Shown here piece after piece: positions 24,495 to 37,590 of a stretch of 64,000 bases of DNA. Where the stretch lies: NCBI GenBank assembly GCA_051313645.2, contig JBNRSN020000021.1, positions 8,804,001 to 8,868,000 on the forward strand, written 5' to 3'. Origin of the DNA: Centroscyllium fabricii. Its lineage: Eukaryota. The translations under genes were made by a program, and so were the position numbers. The notes beneath the pieces are model-generated. The model was not told the DNA's origin, searched no databases, and worked only from the letters and a program-made list of their open reading frames with translations. Each line of letters starts with the position of its first letter. Position 1 is the stretch's first letter.

Positions 24495-25286
24495 GGGCAA
24501 AAGATTCATGTCGCCGTGAGACGGGGTTTTGGGTGGGTTGGACAGCAAAATAGCGGAACCGGTGGGTCCCTGCCGCTTTTCCATTTTCCGCTGCCCTGTC
24601 TCCCTGCCCCGAATCTTTCCCACTGGCGGCCGATGGGGATGGTTGTTAAGCTCATTAAGGGCCATTAATTGGCACTTGTAATGCTATTTTAAGGGCCCTT
24701 AGCAATTTTCAACCCCTTTCCACCCAAACCCTGCCATTCCTAAAACCCCACTGGTGAAACCCAGCAGGAGCAGATGGTCTTGGTAACTTTCTCCTTCAAG
24801 GTGTTGAAGGACCTAGAGCAAAATGCTTCCCAGGCCTTCAACACCCTGGACGTGTAAGTGACTCCCTTGGGTGAAGACCAGCTGTGGGAAAAAACTTAAA
24901 AATCTTACCTTGCCAGCTCCATTGATAGCTCCGTTGACAGTCGGTCCCTAGTTGTCAAAGATTTGCAGCCCGCCCACCCACCTGTCACTCAGAGCACTTG
25001 GCCTTTCCCATTGGTTGCACTCCACTGTGATGTCACAGTGGAGTGTTTCCATGGGAACTGCAACACACAGTCCGCGCAGCTGTCTGACAACCTCCTAGAA
25101 TCCCGCTTGAGCTCCGTAATTGCCGACTGGACTGAGGCAATTACCAGGGGCACTCCGCACGCGGTGATTTCATTGAGCAATTAAAGGAAAATAGCGTTGG
25201 CTTTCCAGGCCCTTGGGCGGGCAGGACAGGAACCTGTTCCGACCAATCCCCGCCAGGATCCCGCACCTCCAGGAAAATCCCCCCCC
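24495..25286. mobile_element. Harbinger-type MITE (gggggatttt family)
   Basis: colinear with 35244-36082; right end aaaatcccccc. Confidence 0.78.
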
Positions 25287-25924
25287 ACCCCCGAGATTTA
25301 GATGAGGAAAGCTGGGAGGAGGTTCGAGTGGAGCATAAACACTGGCATGGACTGGTTGGGCCGAATGGCCTGTTTCTGTGCTGTATATCCTATGTAAACA
25401 GATTCTTAAAATATCACCAAGAACGAGTAGTGTTTTTGTGTTTACTTCCTGGAAGAGTGAAATAAGCCGCAATTATAAAATCAGAAAACCTAAAATTACT
25501 TGGAGTGCGGTTTCGGGTTAGAAAAACTGTGGCCGCATAACATGCCAGGAGCATCATAGAATCATAGAAATTTTACAGTGCGGATAAGGGCCATTCGGCC
25601 CATCCAGTCCGCACCGGCCCAGAAAAACTCCTCACTGTACTAACCCCAGTTGCCCGCACCTGGTAGAGATAACAGGAATGGGACTAATTAGGTAGCTCTT
25701 TTAAAAGAGCTGGCACCAGTACGATAAGCCAAATAGCTTATTGTGCTGCGTCATTATATCATTCTATAACCACGGGTATGAGCAGGAGGCTAACCTCAGT
25801 GTCACAGCGTGCTGAATGTGGTTTTGAAACTTCACCTTGACCAATGCATCAGCACATTCTCCAGATTTTTAGTTTAAGCTTAAAAGATGAAAGGCAGGTT
25901 TCACCATTAATATCATTTGAAGTG

Positions 25925-26675
25925 TCAGCCATGGCTGAGTGGGTAGCACTCTCGCCTCTTCTGAGCCAGAAGGCCGTGGGTTTCAAGAGCCCACTGCAGT
26001 AGCCTGAGCACAAAAGCTCAGCTGACTCTACCAGTGCGGTGCTGAGGGAGTGCTGCACTGTCGGAGGTGGCGCCTTTCGGATGTGACGGCAAACCGAAGC
26101 CCCGCCCGGTCTGCCCCTCCCAGGTGGACGTAAAAGGTCCCACGGCAGGGGAGCTCTCCCCAGTGTCCTGGCCAATATTTATCCCTCAACCAACAGCACT
26201 AAAAATAAATTATCTGGTCATTATCTCACTGCTGTTTGTGGGAGCTTGCTGTGCACTAATTGGTGGCCGCGTTTTCTACATTACAACAGTGACTACACTT
26301 CGAAAAGTGCTTAAATTGGCTGTGAAGCTCTCTGGCTCTGCTTAGCTTCCAAGCCTTGCCAGTGACCCTGTTCCTGGGACTGGGGACAGGGTCACTGGTC
26401 AAGGCTTGGAAGCTAAGCAAGAGCCAGGCCTGGTTGGTACTTGGATAGGTGACTACCAGGTGCAGAAGGTCACAAAAGGAGCCCCAGGGACGGGTGGTTG
26501 GCTGAAGATTGTCGGAATGATGGAAAGATGGAATGGCGGCGCGCACAGACGCAGCGGCTTTGCTGGACTCTTGGGAGCTTGCAAGATCACATTTCATTGT
26601 TTATGTATAATGACAATAAAGTTGAATTATTATTATTAATTATGGGATGTCCCGAGGTTGTGAAAGGCACTATAT
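25925..26675 (+). mobile_element. DeuSINE interrupted by a 5S-derived SINE
   Basis: head gggtagcactctcgcct, Deu core; tail resumes at 26641. Confidence 0.82.
26332..26638 (+). mobile_element. 5S-rRNA-derived SINE with Rex1-type tail and 5' fold-back
   Basis: ggaagctaagcaagagccaggcctggttggtacttggat matches the 5S internal control region; tail aatgacaataaagttgaa(tta)n. Confidence 0.82.
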
Positions 26676-27269
26676 AAGAGCAGGGAGGTTATGATGGAGC
26701 TGTACAAAATGCTAGTAAGGCCACAGCTGGAGTACTGTGTGCAGTTCTTGTCACCACGCTATAGGAAGGATGTGATTGCTTTGGAGAGGGTGCAGAGGAG
26801 ATTCGCCAGGATGTTAGCTGGGCTGGAGCGCTTCAGCTATGAAGAGAGACTGGACAGGCTAGGGTTGTTTTCCTTGAAGCAGAGAAGGCTGAGGGGGGAC
26901 CTGATTGAGGTGTACAAAATTATGAGATGCATAGATAGGGTTGATAGAAAGGAACTTTTTCCCTTAGTAGAAGGGTCAATAACCAGGGGGCATAGTTTAA
27001 AGGTAAGGGCCAGGAGGTTTAGAGGGGATTTGAGGAGCAACCTTTTCAGCCAGAGGGTGGTTGGAATCTGGAACTCACTACCTGAAAGGGTGGTGGTAGA
27101 GGCAGGAACCATCACAACATTCAAGAAGCATTTAGGTGAGCACTTGAAATGCCACAGCATCCAAGGCTATGGACCAAGTGCTGGAAAATGGGGTTAGAAT
27201 AGACAGGGCTTGATGGCCGGCATGGACACGATGGGCTGAAGGGTCACTTTCTGTGCTGTATAACTCTAT
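26676..27269 (+). mobile_element. CR1 family A 3' end
   Basis: ORF 26691-27197. Confidence 0.9.
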
Positions 27270-28185
27270 GGGCGAAACATTCGTGAGCGCACGGATTGGG
27301 CGCTAAATTTGGCCATGTGCTAAAACTTAGTGCCGGCGCTAAATTAGCACCGAGGCGGCCGATATTGATACTAGCGGTGGCCTTGCAGATTTTGGCGCGA
27401 AGTCACGCCTTGCACAGCTTCCAGGCAGCCAATATATTGCCATTAATGGCTGTTCCCAGGCGCAGCGATGCCTCACTAACTGCTTGCTTCCCCATGGCCT
27501 CTGCAGCCGATTAGGCCTTAAAGTGGAAGCAGAGCAGACTCTTTCCCTCCCCGTTCTCTAATCACCTGCCAACCGCGGGCCATCAGCAGTCGCGGCCATC
27601 CCTTCTCCCCTCCCCGCTGTCCGATCAGCAGTTGCGGCCATCCCTTCCCCCTTCCCTCCTCCCCGCTCTCCGATCAGCAGTCGCGGCCATCCCTTCCCCC
27701 CTCCCCGCTCTCCGATCAGTAGTCGCGGCCAGCCCTTCCTCCCTCCCCACTTTCCGATCAGCAGTTGTGGCCGATCTCTGATTAGCAGCCGATCTCCTCT
27801 CCCTCCCTCCGATCAGCAGTCGCAGCCGTTCTCCTCTCCCCCCTCCGATCTCCGATTAGAAGCCGATCTCCTCCCCGTCCTCAGGCCGAAGAGGGAGGGT
27901 GGCCCTTTTAGCAGCGCTGCAGCGGCCACTCAAACCCACTGCAGCGCTTGCAAAAGCTGGCGCTGATAGCGCGGGGGGCGGTGGAAAGATGCTAAGCCCA
28001 ATATCGGGCGCAGTCCGCCGGGCGGGCGTTGCACATGCATTGTCACGACGATCGGTGATCGCCAGGCGGCTAACCACTAGGCCAATTTAGCGCCCGGCGC
28101 TAATTTGGGCGCTTCGTCGGCGCTGGCCCATTAGTGCCGATTTTCAGCGCTAATGGGCCGGCGCTAAGGTGCCAATTTTCCGGTC
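27270..28185. mobile_element. probable Harbinger-type MITE with internal ~41-bp tandem repeats
   Basis: tat duplication in the CR1 tail; imperfect TIRs; subterminal gcgctaa motifs; ccgatcagcagtcgcggccatcccttcccc units at 27580-27870. Confidence 0.65.
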
Positions 28186-29369
28186 TATGGTTCTATGATA
28201 TAAGCTCTTTCTTTGAGGGAAAAGTAAATGGTGATGCTGGGGGTGGGGGGGCGTGTGGGCGGGTACAACGCAAGTAAGCTGCGCTGGAGGCGGGGCGACA
28301 CTATTGTTTCTCCGCAGTTGGATATACGCCATTAAAGCTGCTGTTGCCGCACAAGACAATCGTCAATGCATAATCCAACACATAAAGAAGGGTGAAACTC
28401 AAGACATCCAGTCTGTGAAGCAGATATTTATTACTGAACCGGGTCACGGCCTCAAATGTTTAAGAGACTACATACAAGGAGGGCCAATCAGAGTACAAAT
28501 AAACAAGTCACACATTAAGCACTAAGTGGATGAGGGAAGCCATCGAGGGAGATGTCGGACACTGCTGGTGTCCCTCAGTTAGACTCCGTTGCCAGGCAAC
28601 CTCAAGGCCTGAGGGAGAAGGGATTCCAAAGCGATTTGGGACAAATATATCCATTAGTGACTGCAATCACACAAGCAGCAGCAGACCCACAGCTTCAGCA
28701 GATAGTGCTTTACTGCCTGGATTCACTCCAGCAAAGTGGGGGGAGAATATCATGAATTGTTCTGATGTTAAAAGCATACATTGTAAGCTATACTCCAAAA
28801 GCCTTTTTAAAAAAACGAGAACGTGAATCAGCATCGATCTCTTTCAGAAAACGCACAGGTTCCCAGACCGTATCCTTCTATTAATTACGTACTTAATATT
28901 CAACTCACTCCCCAGATCTAAGAGTTTCCTTTCATCGAACTAATTTTCATCTGGAGGAGAAAAAAACCACATTTTATTTCCTAATAACGTGTTTAAATGA
29001 AAACGATGAGCCAGGTGAAAGGTTAATTCAAACCCTTTAAATGTCTTTACTTTCTGTGTGACCTACTCATTGAATCTCTGATTATGCATAACCTAAATTC
29101 ACAGCAGCTAAGATTAGCTAGGATTAGAAAAGAGAAAAAGCCCAGTGCTTGGGGTTTGCATTTCCACAAATGATCGCCTGCTCTTCAATCCACCGTCATT
29201 TCAGAGTGAAAGAGCCTGGAAAAAAGCCAGTCTCACCATTTTTGTCGGGGTTTACACAACACTCTTTCACCAGCGTCACGGCGGAGGAGTGATGGATAAA
29301 GCCTGCCGCCGAGATTTACTTCGCCTTTATTTCTATTGGGCGGCAAATTCAGACAGATAAAGGAAAAGA

Positions 29370-30445
29370 AGGAATTGCATTCATATAGCGCCTTTCACAC
29401 ACCCCCAGGACATCCCAAAATGCTTTACAGCCAGTGCGGTATTTTGTGCGGTGCAGTCACTGTTGCAATGTAGGAAATCCAGCAGCAAATTTACGCACAG
29501 CAAGCTCCCACAAACAGCAATGAGATGAAAAAAAAAACTAGCATTTCTACACAGGTCCGACACCGTTAATCCGGCACCGGCGGGACCAGGCCGGTCGGTG
29601 CCCGACGAGTGAAAAATCCGAACGATTGAAGCTTCGGCGAGCACATACCATTCAAAATGGCCGCCGTGAAGGCCGGCGGCTATTTTGAATGGTCTGCGCG
29701 TGCGCTCGCCGAAGCATTAATCGTTCGGGGAGAGGCCCGGGCATGCGCAGCCAAGCGCGCCGGCAATTTTTGCGTCTGTGCAGACCAGTTGGGCAGTCGG
29801 GGAGAGGCCCGGGCATGCGCAGCCAAACACGGCAGCCATTTTGCGCGTGTGCAGACCAGTCGGGGAGAGGCCCTGGCATGCGCAGCCAAGTGCGGCAGCC
29901 ATTTTGCGCACTCCAGTCGGCCGGATTCTTTCCGGACGACTGTTGGTTCCGGATTAACGGTGTCCGGATTAACGGTGCCAGACATGTAGTGCCTTTTACA
30001 ACCCCAGGACATTCCAAAACGTTTTACTGCCAATGTGGTACTGTTGCAATGTAGGAAATGTGGCAGCAAATTTACGCACAGCAAGCTCCCACAAACAGCA
30101 ATGAGATGAAAAGAAAAAAAAAACAAGCATTTACATAGTGCCTTTCACAACCTCAGGATGTCCCAAAGCACTTTGCAGCCAATGATGTACTTTTTGAAGT
30201 GGAGTCACTGTTGTAATGTCGGAAACACGGCAGCCAATCTGCGCACAGCAAGCTCCCACAAACAGCAATGATCAGATAATATGTTTTTGTTATGTTGATA
30301 GCGAGATAAATATTGTCCAGGACACTGGGGATAACTCCCCTGCTCTTCTTTGAAATAGTACCGTGGGATGTTGTACGTCCACCTGAGAGTTTAATGTCTC
30401 ATCCGAAAGACAGCACCACTGACAATGCTGCACTCCCTCAGAATC
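29370..30445 (-). mobile_element. DeuSINE with tandemly triplicated 3' part
   Basis: tail blocks begin at ~29375, ~29540/29987 and ~30127. Confidence 0.78.
29552..29986. mobile_element. Tigger/pogo-like MITE
   Basis: caggtccgacaccgttaatccgg / ccggattaacggtgccagacatg. Confidence 0.87.
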
Positions 30446-30759
30446 ACTCAGCCACGGCTGATGTCATGTGACTAAAGGGACGATAAAAACACAGACGAAA
30501 GGAGCAGGAGTAGGCCATTCGAGCCTGATCCGCCATTTTTATGAGATTATGGCTGATCATCCAAACCCAGCACCCACCTTCTACCCTCTCCCCATATCCC
30601 CCCTCCTACCCTCTCCCCATATCTCCCCCCCCCCCTCCTACCCTCTCCCCATATCTCCCCCCCCCCCTCCTACCCTCTCCCCCCCCCCCTCCTACCCTCT
30701 CCCCCCCCTCCTACCCTCTCCCCAAATCCCCTGACACCCCCAACTCTAAGAACTATATC

Positions 30760-31185
30760 TCACACACATGCTCATGGGCAATTTTTATTATCTCCAATTT
30801 ACCTAACCTGCATGTCTTTGGGAGGAAACCGGAGTAAACCCACACGAACACGGGGAGAACATGCAAACTCCACACAGAGGTCCCGGGCCAAGCAGGGTTC
30901 GAACCCAGGAGCTCCTATATTGCAAGGCAGCAGTGCTAACCACTGCGCCACCGTGTTGTCCTGGACCAACAGAGCAGGCTGAGACAATTCAATCAACAGG
31001 GCCACTTTGGACAATAATGTTCAGGGTTACAATTCAATGAAATGCAACTTTGTCATTGTACAGTACACAAGTACAGTACAACGAAATGTGAGCTTTCAAG
31101 CTCCCAAGATACGGTGCAAATAGTCATTAAGTGTGACATTGAAATGTAACAATGGTGCGAGTAGTCATAGTGTAAACAATGTAAG
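30760..31185 (-). mobile_element. Rex1 3' UTR + spacer + V-SINE composite, copy 1
   Basis: near-identical to 31525-31887. Confidence 0.8.
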
Positions 31186-31441
31186 CGGCGGAATGGATTT
31201 GTATGATAGGATGGAATGATCACGATGTTCTAAATGTTTTTAATGTTCAATAAATATATATTTTTTTTTAATGGGTAGCACACTCGCCTCTGAGTCAGAA
31301 GTTGCTGGGTTCCAGTCCCACTCCAGGGTTTAGAACACAAAAATCTAGGCTGGCACTCCAGTGCAGTGCTGAGGAAGTGCTGCACTGTCGCAGGTGCTAT
31401 CATTTGGATGAGATGTTAAACCAAGGCCCTGTCTGCCCTCT

Positions 31442-31722
31442 TCAATTAAACTTTATTGTCATTGTACAGTGCTTAGGTACAGTACAACGAAAAGTGAGCT
31501 TGCACGCTCCCAAGATACGGCGCACACACATACTCATGGGCAATTTTTAGTATCTCCAATTCACCTAACCTGCATGTCTTTGGGAGGAAACCGGAGTAAA
31601 CCCACACGAACACGGGGAGAACATGCAAACTCCACACAGAGGTCCCGGGCCAAGCAGGATTCGAACCCAGGAGCTCCTATAGTGCAAGGCAGCAGTGCTA
31701 ACCACTGCGCCACCGTGTTGTC
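31442..31722 (-). mobile_element. V-SINE variant with Rex1-type tail
   Basis: tRNA head and V-domain; 3' end ...cgttgtactgtac..aatgacaataaagtttaattgaa on the minus strand. Confidence 0.82.
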
Positions 31723-31792
31723 CTGGACCAACAGAGCAGGCTGAGACAATTCAATCAACAGGGCCACTTTGGACAATAATGGTCAGGGTTAC

Positions 31793-32860
31793 AATTCAAT
31801 TCAATGCAACTTTGTCATTGTATAGTCATTAAGCGTGACAATGTAATGTGACAATTGTGCGAGTAGTCATAGTGTAAACAATGTAAGTGTAAACAGTGGA
31901 GGTACATGTACACAGTATATATATTGCACAGTTCCCGTAGGTTAAGGTGACTGTAGTTGAGGTAGCATGGGGTACTGATCGAGGTAAGTAAGTATTCAGA
32001 ATTATAAAGTGCAAAGTGCAAATGGCAGTGCAAAGTGTAGATGAGCAAGGGCTGGGGAGCAAATGGGCGGATAGTGCATTGTGTGGGGGGCAGGGGGGCC
32101 GATGGTAGGCAGAGTTAGTGGTGAGTGACAGAGTTCAGCTGGGTAACAGCCGTGGGGAAGAAGCTGTTCCTGAGCCTGGTCGTTCAAACTCGAATGCATC
32201 TGTAGCGCCTCCCAGATGGTAGGGGGGCAAAACAGTCTATAGCTGGGATGGGTGGGGTCCCTGGTAATGCTGAGTGATCCCCATAGGCAACGTTTCTGGT
32301 AAATGTCCTGAATGGCAGGTAGCTGGGTGCCGGTGATGTACTGGGCAGTTTTGACTACCAGCTGCAGGGCTTTCTGGTCAGAGGTGGAGCAGCAGCCATA
32401 CCACACCGTGATGCAGTTGGTCAGGTTGCTCTCTATTGTGCACCGGTAGCAGTTGGAGAGAAGCTGGGAGGACAGGTTGACTCTCTTCAGCCTCCGCAGG
32501 AGGTATAGGCGCTGCTGAGCTTTCTTCACCAGAGAGGAGGAGTTGAGCGACCATGAGAGGTCCTCTGTGATGTGGACGCCCAGGAACTTGAAGCTGCAGA
32601 CCCTTTCCACCTCAGCCCCATTGATGTAGATGGGGGGGGGGGGGTGTCTGCTGCCTCTGGACTTCCTGAAGTCCACAATGTGCTCCTTGGTCTTCTTGGT
32701 GTTGAGGGCCAGGCTGTTGTCAGCGCTCCACGTCACAAGTTATTGGACCTCTTCCCTGTAGGCTGACTCATCATTGTTGGTGATCAGGTCTACCACCGTG
32801 GTGTCGTTCGCAAACTTGATGATGGTGTTGGAGTCGTGGACAGGCACACAATCATGGGTG
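31793..32860 (-). mobile_element. Rex1/Babar-type LINE, 5'-truncated and disrupted
   Basis: IIKFANDTTVV (FADD motif), LALNTKKTKEHIVDFRK, KAQQRLYLLRRL; (ttgaa)n end. Confidence 0.9.
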
Positions 32861-33389
32861 GCTGTGCAACAGTATTGATCAATTGAAAACAAAAAATTTA
32901 AATGTTTTTTATTGGAGTCAATGCATTTATGAACGTCATTCAGAGACAAAGTGGCCAAAATACTGGTTCCTTTTCCACACTTGGCTTTCTTTAAAAATCA
33001 GAATCATATATAGGCACCAGCATAACCGCCCAAGAGTTACTGCATGAAATCTCAAAAGGTAACAATGTCTTATTTCCGCTCCCCCAAAATATCAATCCAG
33101 TTTACCCCCCGCCCCCAATTTGCTTCTGAGTCCTATAACGCAGAGGTTAGTTAAGATTAACCGTGAATTTACAAAGTTACAGTGCAAATATCGCATCTCA
33201 AGCTCTGATGCGACCCCCATAGCCTGTCCCATTCACACCCGCTGTCTAGATTTTGGACTGGAGGAGGTGGGGGGTGGGAGGCATAACGGGCAGACCAAAT
33301 AGACGGGAAAACATTGAGCATTAAGGCGAGGTTATAGTGACTAACTTGGAAATGCCACGGAACAACCCTTGATCTCTCTACTGCCACAT

Positions 33390-34145
33390 CTCTCTTCTCC
33401 AACAAGCAAGACTCTAACCAACACCCCTTGACATTCAATGGCATTATCATCGCTGAATCACCCACTATCAACATCCTGGGGGTCACCATTAACTAGAAAC
33501 TTAACTGGACCAGCCACACACATAATGTGGCAACAAGAGCAGGTCAGAGGCTGGGTATTCTGCGGTGTGTGTCTCACCTTCTGACTCCCCAAAGCCTTTC
33601 CACCAGCTACAAGGCACAAGTCAGGAGTGTGCTGGAATACTCTCCACTTGCCTGGATGAGTGCAGCTCCAACAACACTCAAGAAGCTCGACACCATCCAA
33701 GACAAAGCAGCCAGCTTGTTTGGCACCCCATCTACCACCTTAAACATTCACTCCCTCCACCACCGGCGTACAGTGGCTGCAGTGTGTACCATCTACAAGA
33801 TGCACTGCAGCAACTCGCCAAGCCTTCTTCGGCAGCACCTCCCAAAAACGCAACCTCTTCCAACTAGAAGGACAAGGGCAGCAGGTGCATGGGAATGCCA
33901 CCACCACCAAGTTCCCCTCCAAGTCACACAACATCCTGACTTAGAAGTATATCGGCATTCCTTCATCGTCGCTGGGTCAAAATCCTGGAACTCCCTCCCT
34001 AACAGCACTGTGGGAGTACCTTCACCACACGGACTGCAGCGGTTCAAGAAGGCGGCTCACCACTACCTTCTCAAGGGCAATTAGGGATGGGCAATAAATG
34101 CTGGCCTTGCCAGTGACGCCCACGTCCCATGAACAATTTTTTTTT
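33390..34145 (+). mobile_element. Zenon-like CR1-group LINE 3' end
   Basis: same family as 6781-7751. Confidence 0.85.
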
Positions 34146-34759
34146 ATAAATTGTTTCTCTGACAATAGCTGTGGGGACTGCTGTCTGCTTATAACCTCAA
34201 AGAGCAAGTGGCTTGCGTTTGAGGGATGGACGGTGGGTGTTGGGGATTCTCTCAAGGCTTTTACATAATGTGTGGGAAGGGAGGTGGCGAATGAGAGCTC
34301 ACACTTAAATTTTACACGTCTACTGGGAAAACATCTGGACTTAACAACCTTGAACAGATCATATCCCCAGTGATACCGTCATCTGTGTGGCCCCACTTAA
34401 CATTCTCGTGAAGAGGTTCTTACAAAATCTTTTAAATGCCCGAGCCTTCAGAAATTCGGATTGAAGCACTTGGTCATGGGGGACTGTCCTGTGAGGAGTG
34501 ATTGAGTGGACTTGGCCTATATTCCCTGGAGCTTCAAAGAATGAAAAGTGATCTCATTGAAACGCATACAATTCTTAAGGGGCTTGACAGGGTAAATTTT
34601 GGGAGGATGCTTCCCCTGGCTGGGGAGTCTAGCACTAAGGGGTCACAGGCTCTGAATAAGGGATCAGCCATTTAGGACTGAGATGAGGAGAAATGCCTTC
34701 AGAGGGTTGTGGGTCTTTGGAATTCTCTAACCCAAAGGGCTGCGGATGCAGTCATTGAG

Positions 34760-36154
34760 CCCAGTGGCTTGTCACTTTAATTCTCCACTCCACTCCCATT
34801 CAGACCTCACTGTCTGTGGCCTGTTGCATTGTTCCACGGAAGCCCAGCGTAAACTCGAGGAACAGCACCTCATCTTTCACTTAGGCACTCTACAGCCCTC
34901 TGGACTAAACATAGAGTTCAACAATTTTAGATCATAACCTCGCCCCCTACCCCACTTTTATATATATATATATATATTCTCTCTTTTTCCAATCCACACT
35001 TTCATCTGGGCTTTTTTCTTTTTTCTTTACTCTGCCAGAGCCGTACACACCTATCCAGAGCCATCCTGTGTTCCTTCAATTTCTGCTAATATCTCCTATC
35101 TCCCCACCTTCTAGCCTGTTGCTGGTCTTTCCTTTGATCTTTCAGCCCACCGTCCCCTTTCCCCAGCGCCCTACCAGCTTTAAAATCTATCCCCCCTCCC
35201 GGCTCCTCCAGTTCTGAAGAAAGGTCATCGACCTGAAACGTATGGGGGGATTTTCATGTCCCCGTGAGGCGGGGATTTCGGCGGCCCAGCCGGCAAAATA
35301 GCGGGAGCAGCGGGTCCCGCCCCCCCCACCCCCGCCGTATCCCTGATGCTTTCTCATTTTCGCCCGCCCAGATTCCCCACCCCGAAACCTTCCCGCCGCC
35401 AACCGGCGGGAATGGGTTGTCACCTTATTAAGGGCCCTTAATTGGCATCTTTAATGCCATTTTAAGGGCCCTCAGACATTTTGCCATTTCCCGCCCTAAC
35501 CCCGCCACCCTAAACCCCGCTGGGTGAAACCCAGCAGGAGCACAGCGCTGGTTATTACTGTTGGGACTATAACCTGGTGTTGCCTGACTTCTTGCATTTA
35601 TAACTTTCTCCTTCAAGGTGTGAGGGACATGCTGCCAAATGCTTGGCATGCCTCCAGCACCTTAGAGGAGTAAGTAACTCCGTTCTGGCTGCAGCAGCAG
35701 CTGTGAGCAGAAACTGAGAAATCTCAGTTCTGCACAGTTCCTGACAGCCACTGTGAGTTGTGAGGGATTCTGAGCCCGCCCGCCCACCTGTCAGTCACCA
35801 GCACTTGGCCTTTCCCATTGGTTGCACTCTACTGTGATGTCATAGTGGAGTGTTTCCATGGGAACTGACAACAACCAGTGCTGGAACTGTCAATCAAACT
35901 GCTCGCAGCCCCGCTGCAGCCCGACTCGATTGACCTAATTACCTCCCGCCTCCGCCGACAGGGATTTAACAACCTAATTAAACTAAAATTGCGTGGCCTT
36001 CCCAGCTGTTTGGGCGGGCGGGGCCGGAGGCAGCCCAGATCAATCCCCGCCAGGTTCCCGCCCTTCTGGCAAAATCCCCCCCATTAACTCTGTTTCTCTC
36101 TCCACCGATGCTGCCTGGCCTGCTGAGTTTCTCCAGCATTTACTGGTGTTATTT
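34760..36154 (+). mobile_element. PLE family 2 3' end, split by a MITE
   Basis: PVACHFNS..QRKLEEQHLIFHLGTLQPSGLNIEF; TSD cagtcattgag at 34749-34759 and 36155-36165. Confidence 0.88.
35244..36082. mobile_element. Harbinger-type MITE
   Basis: TIRs ggggggatttt / aaaatccccccc. Confidence 0.85.
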
Positions 36155-37183
36155 CAGTCATTGAGTAGGTTCAACACAGAGGTCGTCGATAGATTTTTGG
36201 ATACTGGGGGAATCAAGGGATGTGGGCCTAGGGCAGGAACGTGGAGTTGGGTTAGAAGAGCAGCCATGATTCTATTGAACAGTTCGAAGGGCCGAATGAC
36301 CTACTCCTGCTTCTATTTTTTATGTTCTTATGTCAAGCAACAAGAACGCTTAATTCTTTGCACACACAAATTGTTGCCATACAGCAACGAGAGAAAACCT
36401 ATGTCCATCAGGGGATGTAAATCCTCTCGAGTCTCCTCAGAGTCTATTATTGCTGTGCTGGGCTGGGCGGAAGCCAATTATGAAGCCACCAAAACTATAA
36501 GCCTATTCCTTCATAATCAAGATTAGAAAGTGAAAAAATAAAATCCCAGACCTTTTAGCTAAGATGCCAAAGGGGTGAAGAGAAGTGTACACACGCCAGG
36601 GACAGTAAGGAGGACAGCTTGGGAGACCGCAAGTCTGGAGACAGCAATCAGAAACCGTGTTAAACATCTGAATAGAGTTACAATAAAATAAAAGGCCTTG
36701 ATAAATGATTTTGCATGGGCTAAAGATTTTTTTTTCCAATTATTCCCAAAGGTGTAATAATTCCACTTGTGCTCTCCTAACCCACTCAGTCCCACCCTCC
36801 TCCAAATCAGCTGAAGCACGGAGTGGGATACTGTGCCCACTTGCGTCTGTTGCTGTCCCACAAATCTGAGTCAGGCACAGCAGGTGTGGAACAATTCACT
36901 GCTGTTGTCCAGTCAGCCCACCCAGATTCAAAATATCATCAGAATGAGAGGTGATCTCATTGAAACGTAGAAACATTTCTAAGGGGCTGGACAGGGTAGA
37001 TGCAGAGAGGATGTTTCCCCTGGCTGGGGAGTCTAGAACCAGGGGTCACAGTCTCAGAATAAGGGTTCGGCCATTTTGGACTGAAATGAGGAGAGATTTC
37101 TTCAATCAGAGGGTGGTGAATCTTTGGAATTCTCTACCCCAGAGGGCTGTGGAGGCTCAGGCCATTGCTTTAGCAACGCAATT

Positions 37184-37590
37184 CATAGAAACATAGAAAC
37201 ATAGAAGATAGGAGCAGGAGTAGGCCATTCGGCCCTTCGAACCTGCTCCGCCATTCAATGAGATCATGGCTGATCATCCAAACCCAGTACCCCGTCCCTG
37301 CCTTGTCACCATATCCCTCTCGAGCCTGCACCGACACATATCCCACCCTATCCCCATAACCCCACATATTCAATCCCCCTAACACTAAGGGTCAATTTAT
37401 CATGGCCAATCAACCTAACCCGTACATCTTTGGACTGTGGGAGGAAACTCCGCGGAGCACCCGGAGGAAACCCACGCAGACACGGGGAGAATGTGCAAAC
37501 TCCACACAGATAATACCCGAGGCTGGATTTGAACCCGGTTCTCTAGTGCTGTAAGGCAACAGTGCTAACCACTATGCCACCGTGCCGCCC
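37184..37590 (-). mobile_element. V-SINE (tail B) in a CR1 fragment (36940-37689)
   Basis: full head, V-domain and tail; flanked by ~100-bp direct repeats. Confidence 0.9.

Larger units (their letters stand above)
34480..36330 (+). mobile_element. CR1 family B 3' end hosting nested insertions
   Basis: LINE sequence at 34480-34759 and 36155-36330. Confidence 0.78.

Noticed and set aside
30560-30735. Proline-rich ORF
   Set aside because: C-rich slippage expansion of a retroelement tail
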